The notes: a model not told the origin generated them from the letters alone. A DNA stretch of 64,000 bases from Amoebophrya sp. A120 (GCA_905178155.1 CAJINV010000011.1:1077982-1141981), one strand, 5' to 3'. Numbered from the stretch's first letter, positions 23,407-34,741 are shown. A program made the numbers and translations.

Positions 23407-25554
23407 ATGTCTCCTGTCGAAATTGCAAACAAATGCCGTGCCCTCGGTTGTTCCTCGTCTCCAGTCGCGAAAAGGAGGAGATCAGAGCAGGTAGCCAGCG
23501 ACGTGCGTGTCGTGACGCCTCTAGAAGAAGGCGCGAACATGCGCAACGAGCACGGACAGGCCAAAAAAGATGTCCTTGCAGTTGGGGAGCCAACTGACGG
23601 TGAGAACGGTAACGCCACCCCCGTTATCCTGCTGGAGCAGACGAAAAACAACAAAGCCTGGGCGGACGTGACCAAGAAGACAAACGCGACAACTCCGCCC
23701 CTCACAGTCGAGACTCTCCCCGAAGAAACACAAAACTACCGCTTCCTCCGACTCCTCCCCTACGAAACGGAATTTTCCACCTTTGCCAAGCGACGATGGC
23801 TCGACCGCGAGATCCTCGAGGTTTTCACGAAAGAGTTCACGAAATTTGACAAACAGCATTTCGAGGAACGGCTTCAATCTGGCGGCATTCTCGTGAAGTC
23901 GAAGGGAAAAACCGATACTCCAAGGCCGGTCGACGCGACCTACAGAATCAAAGATGGGGATTTCATCACACACAAGGTCGTGATGGAAGAGAATTTGATT
24001 TTGAACCAGCCGATTGAAATCGTCTCCGAAACGGAGGACTTGCTCGTCGTGAATAAACCCGCATCGGTTCCCGTGCACCCGGGCGGCAGCTACAAGCACT
24101 TCACGGTGACAGGGTTGTTGGCCGCGGGGAGGTTTACGGAGCAGGGAGGTGTTGGCAGCACACGAAACTCATCTAGTAGAGTTACATGCTCTCCTTCGAC
24201 GGCGTCCAATTCGCCGTCAGTTTTTTTATCGGAGAGTAAGTCTGAGTGTGTTGCCAAAGTTGGTGAGAAAGATGAGAGCAACATTCACATAGCTGGAGCA
24301 GGGCGAGACAGTGACGATAGCAAACAGCAGGATGTAACATCGCAGCGGCAGGTGCATGCAGAACTGGCCGAGTCCTCGCCGCCCTTTCTCACTTCCAACT
24401 CGCGTTTCCGTAACATGACGCTCCACACGTCCCACCGCCTCGACCGGTTTACGTCCGGACTGGTGCTGCTAGCGAAAACGAGAGAGAGAGCGAGACAGCT
24501 GCAAACGGAGTTCGTCAACGACAAAATTCAGAAAACCTACTTCGCTGTAGCGGAAGGGAATTTGATTCAGACTTTATTGGAAGCGGAGAGCAATAAGAAC
24601 GCGAGAACAAACTTAGTTCCGGCGTGCTACGACCCGTCCGATGTGACAGTAGTAGTGCCCGGAGGAGGACGAGGACCACAAGCTTCGGCAGGGGGCGATG
24701 GGAACACGAAGATATCACCTATGATCGATTTCGACGGTCTAGGCGAAAATAACCTCCATTGCCTCGTCCACGGCGGCATCACGTGCGTAAATCACAAGCT
24801 GGGCGAGCACGCGTTTCGCCGCATGGCGAGACCTGAGGAGAAAGAAGACGAGGTCACAGTGACGGCGAGAAAGAAACGGAAACACCAGGAAAGCTTGCTG
24901 TCTCGAAGCACGAGCGCGACGACAAATGTTGTGGCAAGCAATCCCCCCGCACCAGAATCTTCAACCTGCTCCTCAACGGACACGCACGGAAAGCCCGAAG
25001 CTCAACAAGTTGAAGAGCCTGCAAAATGGTCCGAAACGTACTTCTATCCCGTTTTTTACGACAAAGCTCAAAACACCACTCTGGTAATCGCAAAACCAAA
25101 AACGGGGCGGACGCACCAAATCCGCATTCACTTGCAAGTTCTTGGGCACCCGATCGTCAATGATCCCTGCTACAACGAAGCGTATCATAAAAGGCGGAAG
25201 GGAACGAAGAACGGAAGTAGTTGTAGTGCGACAGCAGGCGCGGACGGAGCAGAAGCTGCAGCAGTTACGGAAAAAAATTCGGCGTTCACTGTTAAGAACA
25301 CGACCAGCGAACATAGTGGCAGGGATGAGTGTGTGTGTGATGAAGACGTCGATACTTCTTCGGCAGTCGATGCTGAGTACCAACAGCTCCGAAGCGACTA
25401 CCCGCTCTTTCCCGGCGGCCATTACTCGGGCATTTTCCTGCACGCAGTGGAGTACAAAGGCCCGGATTGGGCCTACCGCACGGCCGTTCCGGAGTGGGCC
25501 AAGAGTTTTTCAACGGAAAGAGTGGACGAGGACGGGCTCGTCAGGGCATTGTGA
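23407..25554 (+). CDS. RluA-family RNA pseudouridine synthase (RPUSD2/Rib2-like)
   Basis: VVNKPASVPVHP; catalytic HRLDRFTSG; TGRTHQIRIHL..GHPIVNDPCY; IFLHA. Confidence 0.93.
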   Translation: MSPVEIANKCRALGCSSSPVAKRRRSEQVASDVRVVTPLEEGANMRNEHGQAKKDVLAVGEPTDGENGNATPVILLEQTKNNKAWADVTKKTNATTPPLTVETLPEETQNYRFLRLLPYETEFSTFAKRRWLDREILEVFTKEFTKFDKQHFEERLQSGGILVKSKGKTDTPRPVDATYRIKDGDFITHKVVMEENLILNQPIEIVSETEDLLVVNKPASVPVHPGGSYKHFTVTGLLAAGRFTEQGGVGSTRNSSSRVTCSPSTASNSPSVFLSESKSECVAKVGEKDESNIHIAGAGRDSDDSKQQDVTSQRQVHAELAESSPPFLTSNSRFRNMTLHTSHRLDRFTSGLVLLAKTRERARQLQTEFVNDKIQKTYFAVAEGNLIQTLLEAESNKNARTNLVPACYDPSDVTVVVPGGGRGPQASAGGDGNTKISPMIDFDGLGENNLHCLVHGGITCVNHKLGEHAFRRMARPEEKEDEVTVTARKKRKHQESLLSRSTSATTNVVASNPPAPESSTCSSTDTHGKPEAQQVEEPAKWSETYFYPVFYDKAQNTTLVIAKPKTGRTHQIRIHLQVLGHPIVNDPCYNEAYHKRRKGTKNGSSCSATAGADGAEAAAVTEKNSAFTVKNTTSEHSGRDECVCDEDVDTSSAVDAEYQQLRSDYPLFPGGHYSGIFLHAVEYKGPDWAYRTAVPEWAKSFSTERVDEDGLVRAL

Positions 25555-26448
25555 TGCAGCTGTGGAGAATCTCTATGAATTCTCGTTGGCGCCATCCTCT
25601 CTATGTTTGTTTACAAGCGATATCACTCGAACTTTTATTGAAAACGACCGACGACATCAGAGCGAGAATCTGTAAACCAAGTATAAACTGGAACCATTGA
25701 ATATCGGGCGCGGGCGGTGCCGGAGTTGCGCCGTGAGCACTGCTGGAAATCATCTTTTCAGACGTAGTTCTCCTCACGATCAAAACTCGAAAACGAAACG
25801 ATCGAAATGAATAGTAATCTGAAAGAACTGCGATCTTGAATAGTACCGGAACCGAAGATGCTATCTGTATCTATCGTTTCTTGATCTTGTCGTGCTTCCG
25901 CAGAAAATTATGGATCTTTCGTAGACAAATCGAAGCGCAAAGTAGTGCTCGTTCGAATTACGCTGCTCCTCGAAGTCTGTTGGGGATGAATTGGATCCGA
26001 AGATGTGTGATCACTAGAAATCTCTTCACGCCTGAAAAATGACGATCAAATGATAGAACTTCAGCTGTTGTTCTTGTGGTCACTCCTCCTGAGTCGTTCA
26101 TTATTGCAATTGTTGCTTGTCGTGCTTGTTTTTTGATGCTCTTCCATCAACCCATCTATTTCAGGTCAAGGTGGCTCCACAAGACTGAGATTGGAAAATA
26201 GACCCGATTGATAGTTGGTGGTATCTCCAAAAATCGAGAGGACACTTAGCGAAAGAATACCTAATCTGAAAATTTTCGAAAACTATTGATTCGTAAAGTA
26301 CAAGTTTTTCCCACTTTGCAAGTACTAGAGATCCAGAGTCATTTCAATTTATCATTGCGAGAAGTTTGACTTTTACGCTACCTAAGTCTAAGAATTTCTT
26401 TACTTCTTTGCTTGATTTCCCCTTTATTCCTCCATCTAACGACGAAAA

Positions 26449-27317
26449 ATGGGAAAGGGCGGCAAAGGAAAGGGCGGTTTCGGTAAGGGGAAGGGCAAGG
26501 GAAAGTCCTTTGAGCCAGAAGGACCCCCGGAGCGAGTGGAGGAACTTGGCGAGACGATGCACACCTGCGAAGACCAGCTGATCGTAAAATGCACCCACAA
26601 CCGAGTACCCCAGTTCAACGCAAGAATATTTCTGCAGAACAAGGAGCAGATCGGTACTTTGAAAATGATAATCGCAGCCATGCATCACAGATCTACTTTT
26701 TATACCTAGTTCGGCATGAGAAGTTCCAATGTAGTTCTTCTTGACGCAATTTGTCATGCGATTTACACTACCCACAATGCGATTGCAGCAATGCATATTT
26801 TGCATTTCCAAATTTTCTGCCAACCGAAAATGAACCCACTATTACAGGTAACCTCGACGAAATTTTCGGGCCCATCAACGACTACATGTTCTCAGTAAAG
26901 ATGGCCGAGGGCATGAAAGCAGGGTCATTCAAGAAGGACAGCAAGGTGTTTATCGACCCCATGAAGACACTCGACTTCTCAAGGTTTTTGCCGCAGAAGG
27001 CCGGCGCATCAGGCGGAAAGGGAGGAAAGAAAGGTATACTACTTGTGATGCTGATGTTTCACGCATGGTACTATGGCTTTGCTTTTATGCTCAAATACGC
27101 ATGAGAAATCAAAATCTACTGACTGGTGTGAATCTTCACGTTCATCATCAATGTCAAACATACACAATTTTTCCCAGGTGGCAAGGGCGGAAAGGGAGGC
27201 AAAGGCAAGGGAGGCGACAAGGGTGGTAAGGGTGGAAAGAAGGGAGGCGCGGGAAAGGGCGGCGTGTCGAAGGGTGGCGGCAAGCCGTTCGCCGGCCGAG
27301 GCGGCAAGGGCAAGTAA
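26449..27317 (+). CDS. GAR1: H/ACA RNP subunit GAR1; introns 26654-26847 and 27034-27177
   Basis: GPPERVEELG..HTCEDQL..VPQFNARIFLQNKEQIG|NLDEIFGPIND..FSVKM..FIDPMKTL..RFLP core, flanked by Gly-rich tails; GT-AG introns restore the frame. Confidence 0.93.
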
Positions 27318-28685
27318 CTGGAGGATAAATGCAAGTCGAGTTGTATTCGGCTACGAGTACGAACAGAACAAAACTTCAAATCTAGCGAACAAAACTAACG
27401 ACGCGTCTTCGGGAGCGACATTTCGCATGCTGTCACGGCGAAGGAAGCAGGAAGCAATAGAACAACTACAGGACGCGGCCGACGCGCGGCCCGCGGTCAG
27501 AGAGGACGCTGTGAAATGTTGTTTTCCGGAAAGATGTGATTGTCATTTACTCACTTTTACGCATTTTCATAGAAATCTTTGGTCATTTGAATTGTTATGG
27601 TCTACTACTACACACGCAAATTGACTGCGCACCGAAGAAGGATGCTGGAAACCAGCACCGCTGCTTTTTGGGATTGAGTATTCAAGCAATTCTAAAAGGA
27701 ATTGCAGCTGCAAACGAATAAAATTTGCAAAAGAGCGAGGAAGAGGCGGCGCTCTTGTTTCGACACAAGGTGCTGTCGGCGTCCTGAGATGCTGAAGCGT
27801 TGTGTACAGTGCTGGTGTTCCGCAGCTCAACTTTTGTAGCAACAGTCGTGTGCAGATCATTTTCATTTTTTGCCGCACCGTTTTTCTGTGTGATGCTGAT
27901 CCGTCATCTTCGTAAAAGCTAAATGCACGTCGATCGATAGAACATAGAGCAGCAAACCCTTTGCAGTGGTTGGCCATGGATTTCTTCAACTTTGCGTTTC
28001 TTTCTGTGCCATCGAGATCGCAGTTTGAATTTTTCTTTTTCCGTGTTGCTTTTTCGTTTGCAAATCAACCTGCATGTTGTATCACCCAAGAACTTCGACC
28101 TCTTTCTCGTTTTGTTCGTGCAACATGTTTTGGTAATAATGTGCTATTTGAGTTATGCTAGATGGTGGTATGCTAAAAATGTATTATCCTGCTGTTGGTA
28201 TCGACTGAAGTATGTGTCAATTTGTCGGATTCGCACTTCTATTGATCTACACCGCAGTTTTTTGGCTTGTGGCGTTTTTGTCCCCGCCGTCATCGGAAGT
28301 AGACGGGTCCTATTCTACGGTGCTGGAAGCAGTGTCCACCTTGGAGTTGGACGTAGGAACAAGCGGCGCCAAAATCGAGGGCGAAACTTCTACTACATTT
28401 GGAACAGCAGCAGCTGCAGCAGGAAAAGCATCAGCCATTGATAGAGCGGAACAAGTATCTGCAGCCACCAAAGCTGAACCAACTTTTTCTACGCGGGGAG
28501 TGCAGAGGACCACCAGTGCTTCGGAGTTGTCCCCGGGAAAACTTGCAGAGCGCTTTCTGAACGACTTCCCGGTTCTGAACGTCTCGCTCGGCGTGCTGCT
28601 TACAAGTATTTTCTATTCGAGTAAACTTTTTTTCATTTCTGCTTCTTGATTGTGTCGATGATATGGTGCTCATCTTTACGAATAC

Positions 28686-29151
28686 TGTCAACCGAATTTT
28701 CACGGTGTGAAGACAATCAACGACGAAGAAACGCGGGCGGTGTGAACACTGGCCATCTTGCATGTCAAGCAGAATCTAGGTGGGATTCAGTGTTTCTAAG
28801 TCGCAATCAATCTATGGTGACTATCGTCACAGCCTGTGGGGAAAAATTTAGCGTTCCGAACAACACACAAATTTTGACGTCTCAGTCAGGGGGTAAAGCA
28901 TGAAAGTTCAAATTTATTTTAATCACCCTAAATTTATGAGAAATCCGATCAACCATCGTTGATCATCACTAGCTTACAGTGTGGGATTTGAATGAACTTC
29001 TTTTTTGGTTCATTTGTATGAACATGCTGATTTCACTTGGGATCCAAATTTGAACGACAAATTTAGAGCCTGATTTCAATGAGCATTCAATTTAGGTCGT
29101 AGGGAATTTGCTTGGCTTATGATCCTGGTGGATTTCATATCTTGCCTAACA
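28686..29151 (-). repeat. 3' LTR
   Basis: Matches 35605-36070; two substitutions seen by eye (28898/35817, 29001/35920). Confidence 0.97.
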
Positions 29152-29230
29152 TTCCCCCTTCCGAATGAACATTAAATCATCGAAATGAATCAGATGAGAT
29201 GACTTTGTGTGAAATTCGCATCAATCAATC

Positions 29231-32200
29231 CTAGAGATTATTGAAGTCAACAAAGTGGGCTTTCGCAAATACTTCATTAGCTTTTCGTGCGGGAGCTTTG
29301 AAGATTTGGATATACTTCTCTCCTGGAAGTGGTTTTGTCAATCCATCCGCTAGATTGATATCTGTGTTTACATAGCACAAGTCTTTTACGTAGTCTCGTA
29401 CTAGGTGTAGTCGAAGACTCATGTGCTTGGATCTTTTCGTGGCTACGGTTGTCTGACTCAACGCAAGCGCGGACTTGTTGTCGTTGAAGATCAACGGTAG
29501 AGATCCTGACTCTTGTTCTGAAAACCAGTTCAAATATCCTTGGTCCATAGTCATCCTTACACAGTCATACATCGCGCAATACTCGGCTTCCATTGTTGAC
29601 GTAGCTCGAATCGATTGACGTTTCGACTTCCAACAGATGGGAACTCCGCGTCGATATAGGATTGTTCCTGACGTGGATCGAAAACTTACAGAACATCCTG
29701 CAAAATCTGCATCGCAGAAAGCAATAGTGTCTCTGTATTCCTTGTTTTCTAGCTCTGCGGCTTTTGTGTAGATTTCTTTGAACTTTTTCTCTTGCTGCTT
29801 GCTGTATTCCAATCCTTGCGATTTGGTTCCTTTCAAATACGCCAGAATACGCTTAGCATCTTTTACCGTTTGGTCGGTTGGACTAGCTACCTGCGTCGCT
29901 ACTCTTTGTACTGCGAATGCGATATCAGGCCGGGCAACGCAACTGATATACAACATTCCGCCTACTAGCGATCTTATCGGAAATGTGGAATTCGACGGCG
30001 AGTCCAAGTCTGCGTGGGAATTTGGTAAACATGGGGAAACTACTGCGCGGCAGTCCTTCATGTGAAATTTCTCAAGCAGCTTATCAATTGCGTCTTCGCA
30101 AGTGATTTTCATGACTCTCTTTTTCGCGTTGAAGGTCAACTTTGCGCCGAGAAGGTCGCGGATCTCATTGCCTTCCTTGTCATATTCTGCGAGAATTTCT
30201 TTTCCTGGGAACTCTGCTAAAATTGCATTCATTTCTGCAGCGACAAGGTCATCATCTTCGCCTGAGATAATGTTGTCATCTACGTAAACTGCTAGCCAGA
30301 GCTCTTGCTCTTTTCCCTGTTTGTCTTTTGCAAACTTCTTGAACAAACCTGGTTCGTGTTCGGATACAACCCAGCCTAACTTCTTGAGTCTGCCGGAATA
30401 TTCGTCATACCAGCGGCGTGGGCTGATCTTCAGACCGTATAACGACTTTAACAGCCTGACAACATCGCCTTTTTCTTTGTTCTTGCTCCAGCTGTTGTGC
30501 TTGGGCAGGCGACATAACACGATCTCGTCACCTAGAGCTGCACGCACAAACGCATTTGAAATATCGAACTGTCTAACTTTCCATCCGCGTGCTGCTGCTT
30601 CAACAAGTAAATACCTGTTAGCGGCATGGCTCACAGTTGGGCTGTATATTTCTCCTTGAAGAGATAGCTTTTGCCTGTTTCCTAGTGCTACGAGACGACA
30701 CTTGTAGCGTCCGTCTCTCTTCTTCGTGTAGATGCATACCGTCGGGATAATCTCTAACTTATCACCCATCTCTTTGATGTCTTCTGCGGTTGCATGCCTC
30801 CACGTATTTGCTTCTTCTAGCGCTAGGCGTTCTTTCGTATCTGACTCGATCCATTTGATTGCGTCAGGACTTTCCAGACACTTGGCCCAAGTGTGCTGCA
30901 AGCCAAAGAGGTAAGGAGTTTCGTCCTCCTCTAATTCATGACGAATCTGGAATATAGCTTCTGCTTCTTTTTCAAATTCCATCGGTAGATCTTTCAAAAG
31001 GTCAGATGACGACACAAGATTGACTTTCTGCCTTTTCTTTGCTCGAGGGCCACGACTTTGGCCTTTGTCGTTGCGTTCTTTGCGCTTTTTCTTGTCATGC
31101 CCTCGGCCCTTCTTGCGAAGTTTCTTTCGTGTAGGTCCTTCAACGAGGATCCTAGGCGCTTCTTGTGTCTCGTTCTCTTTTTCATCAGCATCAACTGTAT
31201 TAGACTTTCTTTTTCGATTTCCATTCTCAGCTTTCTTTTTCTGCTTCGGGGATTTTTCAGGCGCCTCCTCTGAAAACAAATCGAGCCAATCCTGATTAGG
31301 GTTTTGATTTTCCTCGCCCCCTTCCTCAGGTTGCTCACCCCCTTCGAAACTCTTGCCCTCGTCGTTTTCGACGGTTTCTTTTTCCTTCGAACTGCGTTTG
31401 TCCGCATCTTCTTCATCTTTCGAACGATCGGTCCTCGGAGCGTCCTGACCACGACTGCTTTGATCATGATCTACAGCGGGCACATTCGGCTCTACGAGCT
31501 GCGAACTATCACCCAGACGCGCCGGATTCGGAAAATCAATTAACAACTTGTCAGCGTCCGGCTTCAGATCATCTATCTTGCTGACCAGCACTGATTCATC
31601 AAACTTACAACACTTCACCTCGTGGACTCCGAAGCGGATTTTGGAGCTTTTCTTACATCGACCATCTGCGGACCACATGCCTACCAGGTATGTAGAATTT
31701 TCTTGGGCGTAGCCTAGAAAGATTCCACGGGTAAACCGGTCTTCAAGCTTCGACTTCTGTGAGTGATCCTTCGCGTATACCAAGCATCCGAAACGTCGGA
31801 AATACTTGATGGAAGGTTTTCTTTTGAAGCGTTTTTCAAATGGCGACTCGCCTCCTTTGGCTGTAGGGGTTCGGGCGAATATGTGGGAGAAAGTGCGTGC
31901 TGCATAACTCCACATACGCTTATCGACTCCGACCATCATTGCCCTCACTCCGTTCTGGTGAGTTTGATTGTATCTTTCAACTTTTCCATTTTCTTGTGGT
32001 TCGTATGGAGCTGAGTAGTCAGTATGAATCGGCGGGGACTGTTTCTGTGCTGTCTTTTTCCAAGTGCTACCTGGTTCCTTGAACTCTTTGGCATTGTCGG
32101 ATCTCACTCTTTTCGGTGGTCCCTCTTCATTTATCCAGACCTGCAGCTTTGCGCCTGCTTCTGCTTTGCTCTTGCAGATGAAAGAACGAGGCCAGCTGGT

Positions 32201-33592
32201 TGCTTGATCGATGGCATTTAGCACCCATCTTTGCGACCAGTAGTCAGGTTCCCACGGTCCAGTGAAGTCAAAATCAACTTGGTCATTGAATTTTTCAACT
32301 TTGTAGCATTCTTTCTTCGCTTTTGCATGTTGCGCGCCTTTGCTTTTCGCGAGATCGCAGGCAGGACATCGGACTACTATTCCTGGTAGACTACGATGTC
32401 CAGCACGCTGATGATCAAGAAGCATTTTCTCAGCCTTTGTCATCATAGTGGACTCTGTCTCGATCTCTTCGCACAACAAACCCTTTTCACCTGGATCTTC
32501 GTTGAACCCAAGTGCCACGGCCGGCAGCTTGGTTCCGATCCCTTTGTGAAGAAAAATTCTCTTTCCTGTCTTCCTACTTTGCAAGTAGTTGCCCCCTTCG
32601 TCGAAAACAACTCTATAGCCTTCTTTCTTCAGTTGCTCGACACTGAGGAGGGTCTGTGGAAGGAATGGATGGAATATTGCACGCTTGCAACCAAGTGCGT
32701 TTGGTTTCAATGTGCCAAAATATCCAGGGCCATCCAACTCTTTTCCGTCTGCTACAGTTATTCGCACTGGATTACTGTCGTCCCAAGATTCGAAAATCTC
32801 TGGTCGGCCCGACATGTGACTTGTTGCGCCACTGTCGCAAATTGCATCATCGACACAATTAAAAGCTGTTTCATGATTTCGGTGCTGCTCGTCCTTTTTA
32901 TTCCGATGAGCATCGCTCGCCTCGCGCACGTTCCTCAATGCTGATTCGCGAACGCTGTAGAGGTGTGCTAGCTTTCTTGCTGTGTACTCGGGCGAATGAT
33001 TTTGCTCGCTTTCTTTTGCTACGATTGAAAATACTGCATCTTGTGACAGATTGCATTTTTCAACTCGTTCGGCTTTGGACGCATCCGAATCATGAGATCG
33101 AGGAAATAAAATCTTACGGATTTCGCGATCGGTCGACTCTAGAGCCTGGACTTGTTGTGTCATATTTGCCATCTCTGGGGTTGCAAATTGCTCAGCAAGC
33201 TCCAGCTCTGCTCTTTTTCGTTTTCCTGTCAGCTGTCTCGTTGGACCAGCTGCATCATTGGTACAAATTTCATCTTCATTCTTATCGAGATTCGAGAATA
33301 AATCATCCATATCGATTAATGATGAAGAATCTGGATTGAAGATGTCAAGCTTGCTGTCGAACACACATTCATCTTTTTCAAGCAGACTCGTAGTCGCTGG
33401 TGGCTCATCACCAGGTGGTTGTTCTTTTTGTGGGGGGTTCTTTTGGGGGGGTATTTTTGTTAAAAATTTAGTTGAAAAACATCGCGAATAATTTGTATTA
33501 TAGCATCGAGTTTTCGTCAGCCGTAAGAATAGTTTTCTTACTTTTTGTAGTTTGTGTAACAAGCTACTTTTCTTCGAAACACCATCTAAGAC
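29231..33592 (-). CDS. pol: Copia pol (protease, integrase, reverse transcriptase, RNase H)
   Basis: DSGATSHM; HQRAGH..CPAC; DFD..SDN..ENGKVER; YVDD; CDADFAG. The frame is open right up to the gag stop. Confidence 0.95.
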   Translation of the reverse strand, partial: VLDGVSKKSSLLHKLQKVRKLFLRLTKTRCYNTNYSRCFSTKFLTKIPPQKNPPQKEQPPGDEPPATTSLLEKDECVFDSKLDIFNPDSSSLIDMDDLFSNLDKNEDEICTNDAAGPTRQLTGKRKRAELELAEQFATPEMANMTQQVQALESTDREIRKILFPRSHDSDASKAERVEKCNLSQDAVFSIVAKESEQNHSPEYTARKLAHLYSVRESALRNVREASDAHRNKKDEQHRNHETAFNCVDDAICDSGATSHMSGRPEIFESWDDSNPVRITVADGKELDGPGYFGTLKPNALGCKRAIFHPFLPQTLLSVEQLKKEGYRVVFDEGGNYLQSRKTGKRIFLHKGIGTKLPAVALGFNEDPGEKGLLCEEIETESTMMTKAEKMLLDHQRAGHRSLPGIVVRCPACDLAKSKGAQHAKAKKECYKVEKFNDQVDFDFTGPWEPDYWSQRWVLNAIDQATSWPRSFICKSKAEAGAKLQVWINEEGPPKRVRSDNAKEFKEPGSTWKKTAQKQSPPIHTDYSAPYEPQENGKVERYNQTHQNGVRAMMVGVDKRMWSYAARTFSHIFARTPTAKGGESPFEKRFKRKPSIKYFRRFGCLVYAKDHSQKSKLEDRFTRGIFLGYAQENSTYLVGMWSADGRCKKSSKIRFGVHEVKCCKFDESVLVSKIDDLKPDADKLLIDFPNPARLGDSSQLVEPNVPAVDHDQSSRGQDAPRTDRSKDEEDADKRSSKEKETVENDEGKSFEGGEQPEEGGEENQNPNQDWLDLFSEEAPEKSPKQKKKAENGNRKRKSNTVDADEKENETQEAPRILVEGPTRKKLRKKGRGHDKKKRKERNDKGQSRGPRAKKRQKVNLVSSSDLLKDLPMEFEKEAEAIFQIRHELEEDETPYLFGLQHTWAKCLESPDAIKWIESDTKERLALEEANTWRHATAEDIKEMGDKLEIIPTVCIYTKKRDGRYKCRLVALGNRQKLSLQGEIYSPTVSHAANRYLLVEAAARGWKVRQFDISNAFVRAALGDEIVLCRLPKHNSWSKNKEKGDVVRLLKSLYGLKISPRRWYDEYSGRLKKLGWVVSEHEPGLFKKFAKDKQGKEQELWLAVYVDDNIISGEDDDLVAAEMNAILAEFPGKEILAEYDKEGNEIRDLLGAKLTFNAKKRVMKITCEDAIDKLLEKFHMKDCRAVVSPCLPNSHADLDSPSNSTFPIRSLVGGMLYISCVARPDIAFAVQRVATQVASPTDQTVKDAKRILAYLKGTKSQGLEYSKQQEKKFKEIYTKAAELENKEYRDTIAFCDADFAGCSVSFRSTSGTILYRRGVPICWKSKRQSIRATSTMEAEYCAMYDCVRMTMDQGYLNWFSEQESGSLPLIFNDNKSALALSQTTVATKRSKHMSLRLHLVRDYVKDLCYVNTDINLADGLTKPLPGEKYIQIFKAPARKANEVFAKAHFVDFNNL

Positions 33593-34741
33593 TCAGTATT
33601 TCCTACCCTTCTTTCCTTTTCCTTTCTTACCTCCACCCTTCGGCTTGTCGTTGCCCTTGCGAACAGTATTCGTGTTGTTACCCTTACCGGAATTTTTGTT
33701 GGAAGATTTGTTATTGACCTTATTGCCGTTTTTGTACCAGCAATCCTTGGTGTTATGTGATTCCGAATTGCAATTCGAACACCACTTGGAATCTCCTGCG
33801 TAATTGGCCGCATGACTGTCGTCATTGCTACCAGCAGTGTGATTCTGGGTCAAGTTCGGATTTTGCGCGATCAGATTCGCAGCGGCTTGCTGGATCAGAC
33901 TCGGCTTCTCTTTCTTCAACATATTGGAGAACATCTGCTTCTCTCGGTTCTTCTGAACGTGATCCGGGCGCGGGCCATGCTGGTTGCGAGAATTCTTGTT
34001 GCGGACCAGATTAGCCTTGTGCTTCGTGGTCTCTCCGTTGCTAGACAGAGCGCGTTCTTCCTCGACCATATGATTCTTGGTTTCTTCGAAACTGAATCCA
34101 TTAGCCAAGGCACGCTTGTTGCACTCATCGAATTCCTCGCGCATGTTCCCGAAGATACAGTGATAGCGTAACTCTTCGGCCGTAACTTTAGCGCCCAGTT
34201 TGAAATTCCAGAAGTTCTTCAGTTTGTCAATATGTTCTTCCACGGTTTCATCTTCACCCTGCTTGCTGTTGAAATATTCCTTGATCAACATGCGGCGGGC
34301 ACCGGCGGTCTGCGGGTTAGCCTTTTCCTTGATCTGAAGCATCAACCAGACTACACACGCGTCAGCCCCGGGCTCTTCCTGAATGTCCTGAGCTTTGGCT
34401 CGGGCCTTTCCGGTTAAGGATTTGAATACTGTACCATACAACTTCGCGTAAGCTGAGCGCACTTCGGTTGTGTAGGTGGGCCAGAAGTCGTTTTCGTGTT
34501 TGCCGTCAGCAACCCACTGGTCGCAGGCTAACTGATCGACCTCATCCCACTTGTCCATGCAGACTTTTCCTTCTAAGTCCTCTTTGAACTGGGGACCGAT
34601 GTTCAACGAGAACGCCTGAGCGATCACGCTACCCTTGAACGTCTGGAAGTCCTTTCCAGTTTCTCCCTCGTGTTCCGCGTCGTACAGCATTCCGACGGTG
34701 CCGGAAGTGCTCGGACGATGGTCATCACCCGGCGCCCCCAT
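33593..34741 (-). CDS. gag: Copia Gag with CCHC zinc knuckle
   Basis: 382 aa; CSNCNSESHNTKDC; basic C-terminus; ends in TGA. Confidence 0.9.
   Translation of the reverse strand: MGAPGDDHRPSTSGTVGMLYDAEHEGETGKDFQTFKGSVIAQAFSLNIGPQFKEDLEGKVCMDKWDEVDQLACDQWVADGKHENDFWPTYTTEVRSAYAKLYGTVFKSLTGKARAKAQDIQEEPGADACVVWLMLQIKEKANPQTAGARRMLIKEYFNSKQGEDETVEEHIDKLKNFWNFKLGAKVTAEELRYHCIFGNMREEFDECNKRALANGFSFEETKNHMVEEERALSSNGETTKHKANLVRNKNSRNQHGPRPDHVQKNREKQMFSNMLKKEKPSLIQQAAANLIAQNPNLTQNHTAGSNDDSHAANYAGDSKWCSNCNSESHNTKDCWYKNGNKVNNKSSNKNSGKGNNTNTVRKGNDKPKGGGKKGKGKKGRKY

Noticed and set aside
27034-27177. Intronic box C/D snoRNA in GAR1 (or RPS9) introns
   Set aside because: Only imperfect box C-like words; no convincing terminal stem or recognisable rRNA guide.
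33593-33595. Genome-wide UGA reassignment as the explanation for the gag-pol stop
   Set aside because: Host genes here end normally in TGA, TAA or TAG, and long conserved exons contain no internal stops.
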